DNA of 53,452 nucleotides, from assembly GCA_964510485.1 (NCBI GenBank), contig CAZEBT010000001.1, positions 1-53,452 on the forward strand, written 5' to 3'. Within the stretch, counting starts at the first letter, position 1; each line of letters begins with the position of its first letter. The DNA comes from an uncultured Dehalococcoidales bacterium. Lineage in GTDB: Bacteria; Chloroflexota; Dehalococcoidia; Dehalococcoidales; Fen-1064. The position numbers and the translations under genes were made by a program. Positions 17,325 through 25,288 of the stretch are shown here, piece by piece. The notes under the pieces were generated by a model, which did no database searches, was not told the origin of the DNA, and saw only the letters and a list, made by a program, of their open reading frames with translations.

Positions 17325-18446
17325 TTGCTGGACTACGTTGATTATCGGGTAGTTAACCTGAGAACGTTTGTTCCATTTCTCAGCCTGGACAAGCTGTTCG
17401 CACGCTTTTCACGGACCAAGCCGAATGAGATAATACTCTTCTACCGGCAGCTGGCGCTGCTCCTTGAATCAGGCATAGATATTATTACCTCCCTTGAGTT
17501 GCTGCGAGGTCAGATGTCCAACCGTGCTCTGGCCAGGGTTTTACGTGAGGTAATAGATGATGTCCGCAGTGGCAACCAGCTATCGGCAGCCATGGACAAG
17601 TATCCCGGTGTCTTCTCTGCTATATGCCGCCGGTCACTACGAGTAGGCGAACAAACCGGGGGTCTTGAAGTCATACTGAGGCAGGTAGCTGATTACATTG
17701 AAAAGGACATCGTTGCTGCCAAGGGTGTTAAGGGTGCTCTCATGTATCCAATCATTGCTTCTGTCGCTACCGTTCTGGTAGTTGGCGTGTTAGTTGGCTT
17801 TGTCTTACCCGCTTTTGGTGACCTGTACAGTTCACTTGGGGCTGAACTGCCTCTACTGACCAGGATACTCCTTGGTGCCTCCAGCGCTTTGCAGAGCTAC
17901 GGGCTTTTTATTCTGCTGGGAGTGGTTATCCTGGCAGTTGTTGCTGCCATCTATCTAAAGACCCCGAATGGAAGACTAAGGTGGGCTAAGCTGGCTCTGA
18001 GCCTGCCATTGGTAGGGCGGATTACTCACCTTAAGGAGCTTGCCCGTTGTTGTCGTAGTATCTCTTTACTGTTTAAGGCGGGTTTGCCGTTAACCGAAAT
18101 TATGCCGCTGGTTATTGAGGGTGTTGGTAACGGGATGATGGTTAAGGCTCTGTCTGATGTCCAGCAGGATATGCTTCAGGGTGAAGGCTTGTCGGCACCG
18201 ATGGCAAAGAACGCCCTCTTTTTGCCAATGATGGTACAGATGGTGAAGGTTGGTGAGGAGACCGGCAGCCTTGATACCACTTTAATGGCTGTAGCGCAGG
18301 GTTACGAGACGGAAGCTCAGGATAAGACTGATTCAATTATCAGGCTTATCCAGCCAACAATGACGTTATTTATAGGTCTGGTAGTTGGTGTTATTGCCTT
18401 ATCTATGGTTTCGGCAATGTATTCTATGTACGGGCAGCTAATGTAG
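17325..18446 (+). CDS. pilC: Type IV pilus platform protein PilC/GspF family (the track start is probably too short)
   Basis: 373 aa from the TTG at 17325, with two GspF repeats and 3 or more TM helices. The in-frame upstream region (open from 17205) encodes a conserved-looking PilC N-terminus, EYQYVAYNQNGELVKGRLSAASDEAATEL, but has no ATG, GTG or TTG. Confidence 0.85.
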   Translation: MLDYVDYRVVNLRTFVPFLSLDKLFARFSRTKPNEIILFYRQLALLLESGIDIITSLELLRGQMSNRALARVLREVIDDVRSGNQLSAAMDKYPGVFSAICRRSLRVGEQTGGLEVILRQVADYIEKDIVAAKGVKGALMYPIIASVATVLVVGVLVGFVLPAFGDLYSSLGAELPLLTRILLGASSALQSYGLFILLGVVILAVVAAIYLKTPNGRLRWAKLALSLPLVGRITHLKELARCCRSISLLFKAGLPLTEIMPLVIEGVGNGMMVKALSDVQQDMLQGEGLSAPMAKNALFLPMMVQMVKVGEETGSLDTTLMAVAQGYETEAQDKTDSIIRLIQPTMTLFIGLVVGVIALSMVSAMYSMYGQLM

Positions 18447-18489
18447 TCCGGAGGTGCGGTGTTAGCGACACAGTAATTGAGGCAGGACA

Positions 18490-18900
18490 ATGTGGATATC
18501 CCGGGTCTCCAAAATATGTCATATATTCTCCGGTGATGAGTCAGGTACGACTCTCATTGAGGCTCTGGTAGCCCTGGCTATTGTGGGTATGGTAGCGGTC
18601 ACCTTTCTCAGCGGTCTGGCTACTACCTCAAGGGCTGCCCTTATCGCTGATGAGCAGTCTACTGCGGAGAGCCTGGCTCGCAGTCAACTGGAGTATGTTA
18701 AGAACTGTCCCTATCAAAAAGATGTGTCCAGTTATCAGCTGGACCCGGAGCTTACCGTTCCCAACGATAGCTGGGAGGTGCTACCGTCCGTCGTTGAACT
18801 TGTGCATGAGACTGACGATGGCATCCAGAAGGTAACGGTTACGGTTGAGCATAATGACGAACCAGTGTTCGTCATGGAGGGATATAAGGTAGATAGATGA
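18490..18900 (+). CDS. Prepilin-type N-terminal cleavage/methylation domain protein (minor pilin-like)
   Basis: 136 aa with a class III signal ...GDESG/TTLIEALVALAIVGMVAV (Glu at +5) followed by a hydrophobic helix. Confidence 0.75.
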   Translation: MWISRVSKICHIFSGDESGTTLIEALVALAIVGMVAVTFLSGLATTSRAALIADEQSTAESLARSQLEYVKNCPYQKDVSSYQLDPELTVPNDSWEVLPSVVELVHETDDGIQKVTVTVEHNDEPVFVMEGYKVDR

Positions 18901-19445
18901 AGTTTTCTGAGAAAGGTTTCACTATGGTGGAGCTGGTAGTAGCTACGGCCATTATAGCTATTATCGGTGTTGCCGCTACTACGTCTGTATTCCACGTTGT
19001 CAGGGGTACCGGGCGCACCAACGACAATATGAATGCCATTTGCCAGGTACAGAATGCTGGCTACTGGATTAGCTGTGATGCCCAGGTGGCTGATAGTGTG
19101 ATTGTTGGCAGTGTGGGGTGGCCACTGTATATATACCTGATGATGTTCTGGACCGAGCAGGATTACGATGGAGGCAACCCGACCTATCACTCAGTCTCCT
19201 ACTTCTTTGAAGACCTGTACGGTGGAGATGGAGTTGGAACGCTCAAGAGGTATCACTGGAGCAGCGCTGGAGACAGTGACTATACTCTGATAGCCAGCAA
19301 TATATATTATGACGATGATGACCCTGGTAATACTACCAAGGCCAGTTACCAGAACCCGGCATTATCCTTGCAGATTACTGCTGTCTGTGGAGATATTACT
19401 GAAAGCCGACAATACAAGATTAACCGTCGCCCGAACCTGGATTAA
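18897..19445 (+). CDS. Prepilin-type N-terminal cleavage/methylation domain protein (minor pilin-like)
   Basis: 182 aa with MKFSEKG/FTMVELVVATAIIAIIG. An ATGA overlap links it to the upstream gene. Confidence 0.8.
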   Translation: MKFSEKGFTMVELVVATAIIAIIGVAATTSVFHVVRGTGRTNDNMNAICQVQNAGYWISCDAQVADSVIVGSVGWPLYIYLMMFWTEQDYDGGNPTYHSVSYFFEDLYGGDGVGTLKRYHWSSAGDSDYTLIASNIYYDDDDPGNTTKASYQNPALSLQITAVCGDITESRQYKINRRPNLD

Positions 19446-19455
19446 AGGGTGTACC

Positions 19456-20307
19456 ATGACAAGCTTTCTGAAGAAGATAATAAAGAATGAAAGCGGGCAG
19501 GTCTTACCCGCTGTCCTAGCCCTGCTGGTCCTGGGTGGTCTGATAGTTGTCCCCGGTCTTGACTATGCGACCACCAGCCTCAATAGTGGCCGAAATATTC
19601 AGCGGGGTATAAAGGGAATCTATGCTGCTGAAGCTGGCATAGAGAATGCCCTGTGGTGCCTGGGAAATGGCACCTCGCCGGACGAACAGCTTGCCGGCAC
19701 CATTAATCAGGGGGAGGTAGGAATACAGACTGCTGACAGCGGGAACTATACCCTCTATTTTGGTAAGCTGGTAGAGGCAGGCGGGCACAGCAATTACCTG
19801 GGGGTAGATGGTGAGATTGTGTGGGATGGGGGGGAAGGGGCGTATAAATATACCATTACCGTTACCTGGCAGCCTGAACAGGGTAGTCCGACAATACACC
19901 TGAAGGAGGTCGGGGCGAGGCTTCCGGTAGGCTATAGCTACCAGTGGTGGTCAGCCGATGACTTTGAGGACAATCTTTCTACCTATAATCCTACATGGAC
20001 TCTGGATACCTATGGGGCTTACCTGCTCAAGTGGGTGCTTCCGGGGAATCCTTACGTTTCACAGAGTAACCCTGTTGCCACGCAGGAGTTCTATATAAAT
20101 GGGACCGGAGAGCTGGAGGGTGATTATACGTGGGTGGTAGCCAGCAGAGGTGATATCGGAGAGGTAGGTGAGGTCTCAGGTACTTTATACACTATTACCT
20201 CGACGGCTACGGACCCTGCCAGTTGCGAGGTTACCGCTGAAATAGTGGCTGATGTAGTGATGGATGGAGGAACGGCCTGTATCGTAGCCTGGCGGGTAAT
20301 AAGATAA
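19456..20307 (+). CDS. PilX-N-terminal-like pilus assembly protein
   Basis: The track ORF 19309-20307 overlaps the previous gene, so the internal ATG at 19456 is the likely start. It reads MTSFLKKIIKNESGQVLPAVLALLVLGGLIVV...YAAEAGIENALW, which resembles the PilX_N/TadG-type N-terminus. Confidence 0.6.
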   Translation: MTSFLKKIIKNESGQVLPAVLALLVLGGLIVVPGLDYATTSLNSGRNIQRGIKGIYAAEAGIENALWCLGNGTSPDEQLAGTINQGEVGIQTADSGNYTLYFGKLVEAGGHSNYLGVDGEIVWDGGEGAYKYTITVTWQPEQGSPTIHLKEVGARLPVGYSYQWWSADDFEDNLSTYNPTWTLDTYGAYLLKWVLPGNPYVSQSNPVATQEFYINGTGELEGDYTWVVASRGDIGEVGEVSGTLYTITSTATDPASCEVTAEIVADVVMDGGTACIVAWRVIR

Positions 20308-20322
20308 CCGGGTGAGCAGGAG

Positions 20323-20886
20323 TTGACAGTGAAGTTAGGTAAAACAAGTATATTGCTGCTAGCCGTTGGCATAGCTGTTATTGCCTTCATCAGTCTGGGC
20401 GTAGCTCGTGCCCAGCAGCTTCAGGAGCAGGACAGGGTGAACGAAGAGCTTTCCCTGGTTACCTGGCGGCTGAACACGCTGAGGGTTGCACAACTCCAGT
20501 CTCAGTGTGAAGAACTGGAGGAGCAGCTCGGTCAAATCACGGTGCAGCTGGAAGCTACCAGGACGGTTCTTACCCTGCCGGTGGGGAGCATTGATGCCGA
20601 TGATTTACTGTTCAGTATTGCTGAGTACTGCAATGTGGAGATAACTGGGATTATATCTTCGGGTATACGCGGCGATATGCTGGAAGGGGTTCCCTGCTCG
20701 GTACTCACGTTAAACGTAGATGTTGAGGGCGACGTATCGGACTTGATCAGCTTTGCTAACAGTGTGAACGCTGATTTTGAGACCGGTGCCATTGAGGCAG
20801 TAGATATACAGATTTCTGATAATACTACTGAGCAGAGACCGACAGCTGGAATCAGCCTGAATGTTTATGCCTATCGGGGTAACTAG
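20323..20886 (+). CDS. pilO: PilO-like pilus alignment protein
   Basis: 187 aa with a single TM helix, a coiled coil (QQLQEQDRVNEEL...CEELEEQLGQITVQLEA) and a C-terminal domain with LTLNVDVEGDVSDLISFANSVN. The GTG at 20329 has better SD spacing. Confidence 0.6.
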   Translation: MTVKLGKTSILLLAVGIAVIAFISLGVARAQQLQEQDRVNEELSLVTWRLNTLRVAQLQSQCEELEEQLGQITVQLEATRTVLTLPVGSIDADDLLFSIAEYCNVEITGIISSGIRGDMLEGVPCSVLTLNVDVEGDVSDLISFANSVNADFETGAIEAVDIQISDNTTEQRPTAGISLNVYAYRGN

Positions 20887-20888
20887 CT

Positions 20889-22337
20889 ATGGCTAAGAAG
20901 GTTGTTACGCTATATGTTGATGATGCTGGCATCCGCCTTCTCGTATGCAGGGGCAACCGCGTAAGGAGATGGGCTGAGCTGCCATTGCCGCCGGGGCAAA
21001 TTGAAGGGGGCGTTATCACTGATGAGGCCGGGGTTGCTAATAGCCTCAGACAGCTCCTCAAAGAGCAGAAGATAAGGGTAAAAAAGGTTGTCGTCGGCTT
21101 GAGTGGACTCCATTGCCTGACGCGACCGATTATCCTGCCGCAGTTGCCGAAGGCAATGCTGGCTGAGGCGGTGATAAGGGAGGCAAGGAGACTGCTGCCG
21201 GTGCCCCCGGAGCAGCTTTATATCACCTGGCATACTCTGCCGGTACCCGGGGGAAAGACGTACGTATTTCTGGTTGCCATACCTCGCCGGAGTGCTGATG
21301 CCCTGCTCAAAATGCTCCAGAGAGCGAACCTCAAGCCCTGCATTATGGGCATAAAGCCTCTGGCTCTGGCAGGTCTGGTGAAGGAGCCCACTGCCATAAT
21401 TGTTGATGTCCAGCCCACTGAATTTGACATTGTAATTATGGTGGACGGAGTCCCGCAGCCAATCAGGACATTATCTTTCCCCAGCCAGGCGCTGTCCCTG
21501 GAAAAGAAGCTCTCAATAATAGTGAGTGACCTCAATAGAACCATAGAATTTTACAATTCCAATGACCCGGAGCAACCTCTGAATCCTGGTGTTCCCATGT
21601 ATGTCTCCGGGGAGATAGCGTCTGAGCCCAAGCTGTGCCAGTCCCTGTCAGACAGGCTGGGGTATACTGTGTCAGCTCTCAAATCACCTCTTAGGGTCAA
21701 TAAGTGGTTCACCCCGAATAACTACCTGGTCAACATTGGTCTGGCCCTCCAGGAGCCGTCACTGAGGAAGATGGCCGGGCCTGTGGTAGCCAAATCAAAT
21801 CTTTTGCCGGTTGAGTACCAGCCCAAGCCAATCTCCTGGGGCAGGGTAATTGCCCTGCCCAGTGCTATCGCTGTTGCCGGGTTAGCTGTACCCCTGGTAA
21901 TGTTCATGTCAGGTACCTCGGCTGATATTGCCTTAACGTCGGAGCAACTGGAGCTTGCCAGTCAGGTTCTCTCGGAGAAGCAATCGCAGAAGCAGGAGCT
22001 GACGAGGAATATAAACGAGCTGGAGGGCAGGGTGGCGGAGTTAGAGGCATCTCTGGCAACCTTCAACGTGGTACTCAACAGGATTGATACGCAGTGCAGC
22101 GCTATTAATGGTAACCTGGGGGTAACAATGGACAATCTGCCCAAGCTCATTGAGCTGACCAGCGTTGAATGTAGCGGCGACACTGTGAGCATAAATGGAC
22201 AGTCACCCAGCGAGACTGAGGTCTTATTATATGCCAGAAGTCTGAGAAGTAGCGGCCAGTTCTCTGAGACCGATGTTGCCAGCGTGGCGAGGAACGAAAG
22301 CGGAGGGATGGACTTTACTCTGGTTCTGAAAAGGTGA
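20889..22337 (+). CDS. pilM: PilM-PilN fusion protein (actin-like ATPase fold, TM helix, coiled coil, PilN-like domain)
   Basis: 482 aa. The N-terminal part of about 300 aa is PilM-like (VVTLYVDDAGIRLLV, VVVGLSGLHCLTRPIILPQLP). It is followed by the TM helix VIALPSAIAVAGLAVPLVMFM, a coiled coil, and a C-terminus typical of PilN, SVECSGDTVSINGQSPSETEVLLYARSLRSSGQF. Confidence 0.75.
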   Translation: MAKKVVTLYVDDAGIRLLVCRGNRVRRWAELPLPPGQIEGGVITDEAGVANSLRQLLKEQKIRVKKVVVGLSGLHCLTRPIILPQLPKAMLAEAVIREARRLLPVPPEQLYITWHTLPVPGGKTYVFLVAIPRRSADALLKMLQRANLKPCIMGIKPLALAGLVKEPTAIIVDVQPTEFDIVIMVDGVPQPIRTLSFPSQALSLEKKLSIIVSDLNRTIEFYNSNDPEQPLNPGVPMYVSGEIASEPKLCQSLSDRLGYTVSALKSPLRVNKWFTPNNYLVNIGLALQEPSLRKMAGPVVAKSNLLPVEYQPKPISWGRVIALPSAIAVAGLAVPLVMFMSGTSADIALTSEQLELASQVLSEKQSQKQELTRNINELEGRVAELEASLATFNVVLNRIDTQCSAINGNLGVTMDNLPKLIELTSVECSGDTVSINGQSPSETEVLLYARSLRSSGQFSETDVASVARNESGGMDFTLVLKR

Positions 22338-22345
22338 GGTTGGTA

Positions 22346-23443
22346 ATGGATATTCTTTCATTGCTTCATTTGGCTGAATCAAGGGGTGCCTCTGATTTGC
22401 ACCTGGTTGTTGCCAGCCCACCGGTGCTCCGTATCAATGGTGCACTCGGACCACTGGATAATATGGCATCGCTGACGGAAGATGATTTGGAGCAGGTCTT
22501 CAACCAGATAACCTCAGAGGAGGACAGGGAGAAGTTCCGCCTTCGCCCGGAGCTTGACTTCAGCTATGCTGTTCCCGATATCGGCAGGTTCAGGTGTAAC
22601 GTGGCTAAGCAGCTCGGCACGATTAGTCTTGTCATGCGCTTGCTGCCGGTAACCGTACCCACTCTTGATGAACTGGGGCTGCCTGAGATATGTGAGGAGC
22701 TGGCCCTTAAACCTCAGGGGCTGGTGGTGATTAGCGGGCCCACCGGCAGCGGTAAGTCTACCACGCTGGCTTCTATGATTGGCTACCTCAATACCACCGG
22801 TACTGCTGCAAGTCGCCGCGTGGTTACTGTTGAAGACCCCGTAGAATACGTCTATACCAGTCGGAATTGCACCATAACTCAGCGGGAGTTGGGTAGTGAC
22901 ACCCTTTCCTTTGCCGAGGCGTTGAGGCACGTATTGCGGCAGGACCCGGACGTGATTCTGATAGGTGAGATGAGGGACACCGAGACGGCGGCGGCGGCGC
23001 TTACCATAGCTGAAACCGGGCATCTGGTATTGACCACCGGTCATGCCTCAAGTGCCTCGGGGGCTATTGAGCGAATAATAGACCTGTTCCCTCCGCATGA
23101 ACGTCATCTGGTTCAGGCACGCCTGGCATCGGTGCTCCTCGGTGTTCTGTGTCAGGCACTGGTGCCCAGGGCTGATGGCTCTGGAAGGGTGGTTGCCGTT
23201 GAGATTATGCTGGCTAATTCAGCGGTAAGAAATCTAATCAGAGAGGGTAAGCTCTTTCAGCTGCCCAACACAATCCGCACCCATGCGCGGGACGGGATGC
23301 AGCTACGAGACCAGGCGCTGGTCCAGCTATACCGTGAGGGGAAAATCAGCCGGGAGAACCTCTTCTCCTTCTGTAGTGAGCAGGCTGAACTGGAAAGGCT
23401 TCTCGGTAATGGCGGGGACGGCCCAGCCCCTGTCCGGTCATAG
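22346..23443 (+). CDS. pilT: Twitching-motility (retraction) ATPase PilT
   Basis: The track ORF starts at GTG 22334. The ATG at 22346 follows AAAGGTGAGG and gives MDILSLLHLAE. Motifs are Walker A GPTGSGKSTT, Walker B ILIGEMRD and the PilT signature AVRNLIREGK. Confidence 0.9.
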   Translation: MDILSLLHLAESRGASDLHLVVASPPVLRINGALGPLDNMASLTEDDLEQVFNQITSEEDREKFRLRPELDFSYAVPDIGRFRCNVAKQLGTISLVMRLLPVTVPTLDELGLPEICEELALKPQGLVVISGPTGSGKSTTLASMIGYLNTTGTAASRRVVTVEDPVEYVYTSRNCTITQRELGSDTLSFAEALRHVLRQDPDVILIGEMRDTETAAAALTIAETGHLVLTTGHASSASGAIERIIDLFPPHERHLVQARLASVLLGVLCQALVPRADGSGRVVAVEIMLANSAVRNLIREGKLFQLPNTIRTHARDGMQLRDQALVQLYREGKISRENLFSFCSEQAELERLLGNGGDGPAPVRS

Positions 23444-23517
23444 TATTAGACCTGCTCCGGATGGCTAACAAACAGGCTTGCCAGAGTCCTTTTTACCCCG
23501 TTAAGCAAAAATAGAGA

Positions 23518-23553
23518 GGCCTACCAGTGATACTGATAGGCCCCTTCTTTGTC
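23518..23553. terminator. Bidirectional intrinsic terminator between the convergent pilT and pilA genes
   Basis: The hairpin GGCCTAcCAGT-gat-ACTGaTAGGCC (23518-23542) is preceded by an A-rich tract (caaaaata) and followed by a T-rich tract (ccttctttgtctt). Confidence 0.55.
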
Positions 23554-23596
23554 TTGGAAACTGGCCAGGATTCAGAGCAGTAGCTTATGGCTATGG

Positions 23597-23986
23597 TTAA
23601 GGAGACTGGGTTACTGTGCCATCTGTCTCACAGGTGTAAAAGTAGGCAGTTGTGCCTTTGCTCATGTAGCGAGCACCAACTACACCATAGAGCGGCTCAG
23701 CAGATGGGTCGCCGGCACCGATACCAGGGAATGATGTCATATCATTTGTGGCATTAGCCACGGCGCCGACCACGGTGCAGCCAAGGTCAGCCATCATCGC
23801 CATCATTGCCGTCTCTACATTGTGGAGTTCAGTGGCGGCGGCTTCTGCTTTACCCCTGCTCATAAACTTGCCGACATTGGGTACGGCAACGGCCGCCAGA
23901 ACTCCCAGGATGGCAACCACCACCAGTAGCTCAATCAGGGTGAAGCCCTTCTCACCATAGCGAAAGTGTTTTGTGAATTTTTTCAC
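23597..23986 (-). CDS. pilA: Type IV major pilin (PilA-like prepilin)
   Basis: 129 aa with a GTG start 7-8 nt after AGGAGGTG. The leader is MKKFTKHFRYGEKG/FTLIELLVVVAILGVLAAVAVPN with Glu at +5. Two Cys residues (DLGC, FYTC) lie in the C-terminal half. Confidence 0.85.
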   Translation of the reverse strand: MKKFTKHFRYGEKGFTLIELLVVVAILGVLAAVAVPNVGKFMSRGKAEAAATELHNVETAMMAMMADLGCTVVGAVANATNDMTSFPGIGAGDPSAEPLYGVVGARYMSKGTTAYFYTCETDGTVTQSP

Positions 23987-24021
23987 CTTTCGTCACCTCC
24001 TTTCACATTTCGTACACTTTA

Positions 24022-24049
24022 AGCATACCATAGTATTGCTGAACGTCAA
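24022..24049 (-). promoter_or_regulatory. Candidate sigma70-type promoter for pilA
   Basis: On the minus strand: TTGACG (24049-24044), a 16-nt spacer, then TATGCT (24027-24022), about 35 nt upstream of the pilA start. Confidence 0.45.
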
Positions 24050-24078
24050 TGAGTTATTGGTCACCCCCGGATATAGGA

Positions 24079-24098
24079 ATAAAGTCCTATAAAGTCCT
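24079..24098. repeat. Perfect tandem 10-mer ATAAAGTCCT x2 in the pilA/pilD divergent region
   Basis: Read directly: ATAAAGTCCT at 24079-24088 and again at 24089-24098, immediately upstream of the pilA -35 element. Confidence 0.8.
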
Positions 24099-24129
24099 GT
24101 GTGGGCCAGCCGGGGAGGTAATATCCCTG

Positions 24130-24158
24130 TTGACTGTTTACAGAAAAACGTTCACAAT
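24130..24158 (+). promoter_or_regulatory. Candidate promoter for pilD; implies a leaderless or near-leaderless mRNA
   Basis: TTGACT (24130-24135), a 17-nt spacer, then CACAAT (24153-24158). The pilD ATG at 24167 is only 8 nt downstream and no SD is present. Confidence 0.4.
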
Positions 24159-24166
24159 GTAGTGAG

Positions 24167-24979
24167 ATGGATGTAGTAATAACGGTTGCTCTGGCTCTGC
24201 TCGGTGTGGCTATTGGCAGTTTCCTCAATGTCTGTATTGACCGTTTGCCGGCGGGAAGGTCGCTGGTCTATCCACCATCGCACTGTGATTCCTGTCAGCG
24301 CAGTCTGTCAACGAGAGACCTTATCCCGGTTTTCAGCTACCTGTGGCTGCGGGGCCGCTGCCGCTACTGTCAGGCACATGTCCCCCAGCGTGTACTCTGG
24401 GTGGAGGTCGGGACCGGACTGCTCTTTGCCCTCCTCTACCCGTACCTTCGTTTGACAGATTTCACCATCTGCCCGAACCTTAATCTGGCGGTTGAGTTCG
24501 CCATTGTTGCCCTATACTGCAGCCTGTTCATTGTAATTATGGTCATTGACCTGGAGCATAAGCTTATCCTGAACAAGGTAGTCTATCCTGCCGCAGTAGT
24601 GGCTCTGGTAATCAGCATCTTCTTGCCCGCGCAAGGTATTGAGTCTCTTCACTGGCCAGCAGAGGTGAACGGGCTTATCGGTGGGGCTATCGGGTTTGTC
24701 CTGCTATTGATACCGGCGCTTGTTTTCCGGGGGGGAATGGGCTGGGGAGATGTTAAAATGGCGGCGCTAATAGGTCTCGTTACCGGTTTTCCTCTGGTGT
24801 TTGTCGCCCTTTTTGGGGGAATAGTCCTCGGCGGGCTGGCGGCTGCCTTTCTCCTTATAATCAGGGTAAAGAAACGAAGGGACCCCATCCCTTTTGGCCC
24901 GTTTTTATCAATAGCAACGATAGTCACCCTGCTGTACGGAAGCGAGATACTTGACTGGTATCTGGGTATGTTATTATAA
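24167..24979 (+). CDS. pilD: Prepilin peptidase/N-methyltransferase (A24 family) PilD
   Basis: 270 aa and polytopic. It has the N-terminal Cys pairs CDSC...CRYC and the aspartyl-protease motif region GMGWGDVKM...PFGPFLS. Confidence 0.9.
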   Translation: MDVVITVALALLGVAIGSFLNVCIDRLPAGRSLVYPPSHCDSCQRSLSTRDLIPVFSYLWLRGRCRYCQAHVPQRVLWVEVGTGLLFALLYPYLRLTDFTICPNLNLAVEFAIVALYCSLFIVIMVIDLEHKLILNKVVYPAAVVALVISIFLPAQGIESLHWPAEVNGLIGGAIGFVLLLIPALVFRGGMGWGDVKMAALIGLVTGFPLVFVALFGGIVLGGLAAAFLLIIRVKKRRDPIPFGPFLSIATIVTLLYGSEILDWYLGMLL

Positions 24980-25208
24980 TTTTCGTCGGACGGGTTAATC
25001 TGTGAGATTATTGTAATAGAGAGACCATGTACCGCTAATCAGTGCTTTAAGCGGTGAGGTCAGGCACAGTTATCAGGCACGAGTGAGGCTCAGCGGTAGC
25101 AGTTAGAACTGGTAGCGGGGTGTATCGGGTAGCGATAGGGTCAAACAGGGTGCATACGAAGTAGTACTTTAGTACCCCCAACTTTATCCGAATTGGTCTG
25201 GTTTCCAC

Positions 25209-25238
25209 TTGACAACTGTCCCATTTTGGTAGCATAAT
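25209..25238 (+). promoter_or_regulatory. Candidate sigma70-type promoter for the GGDEF/HD-GYP gene
   Basis: TTGACA (25209-25214), an 18-nt spacer, then CATAAT (25233-25238), about 50 nt before the ATG at 25289. Confidence 0.45.
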
Positions 25239-25288
25239 AGTGTAAACATTGTTTATATTTTGTCACTAAATATATATATGGTCACAAA

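Noticed and set aside
19309-19455. N-terminal extension of the PilX-like ORF that overlaps the preceding minor pilin gene by 137 nt
   Set aside because: The extension has no signal-like sequence. The ATG at 19456 sits 10 nt after the upstream stop and yields the expected hydrophobic N-terminus.
25047-25235. 62-aa minus-strand ORF in the pilD to GGDEF intergenic region
   Set aside because: It has no SD, an odd composition and overlaps the predicted + strand promoter. It is the only support for coding in that gap and is treated as spurious.
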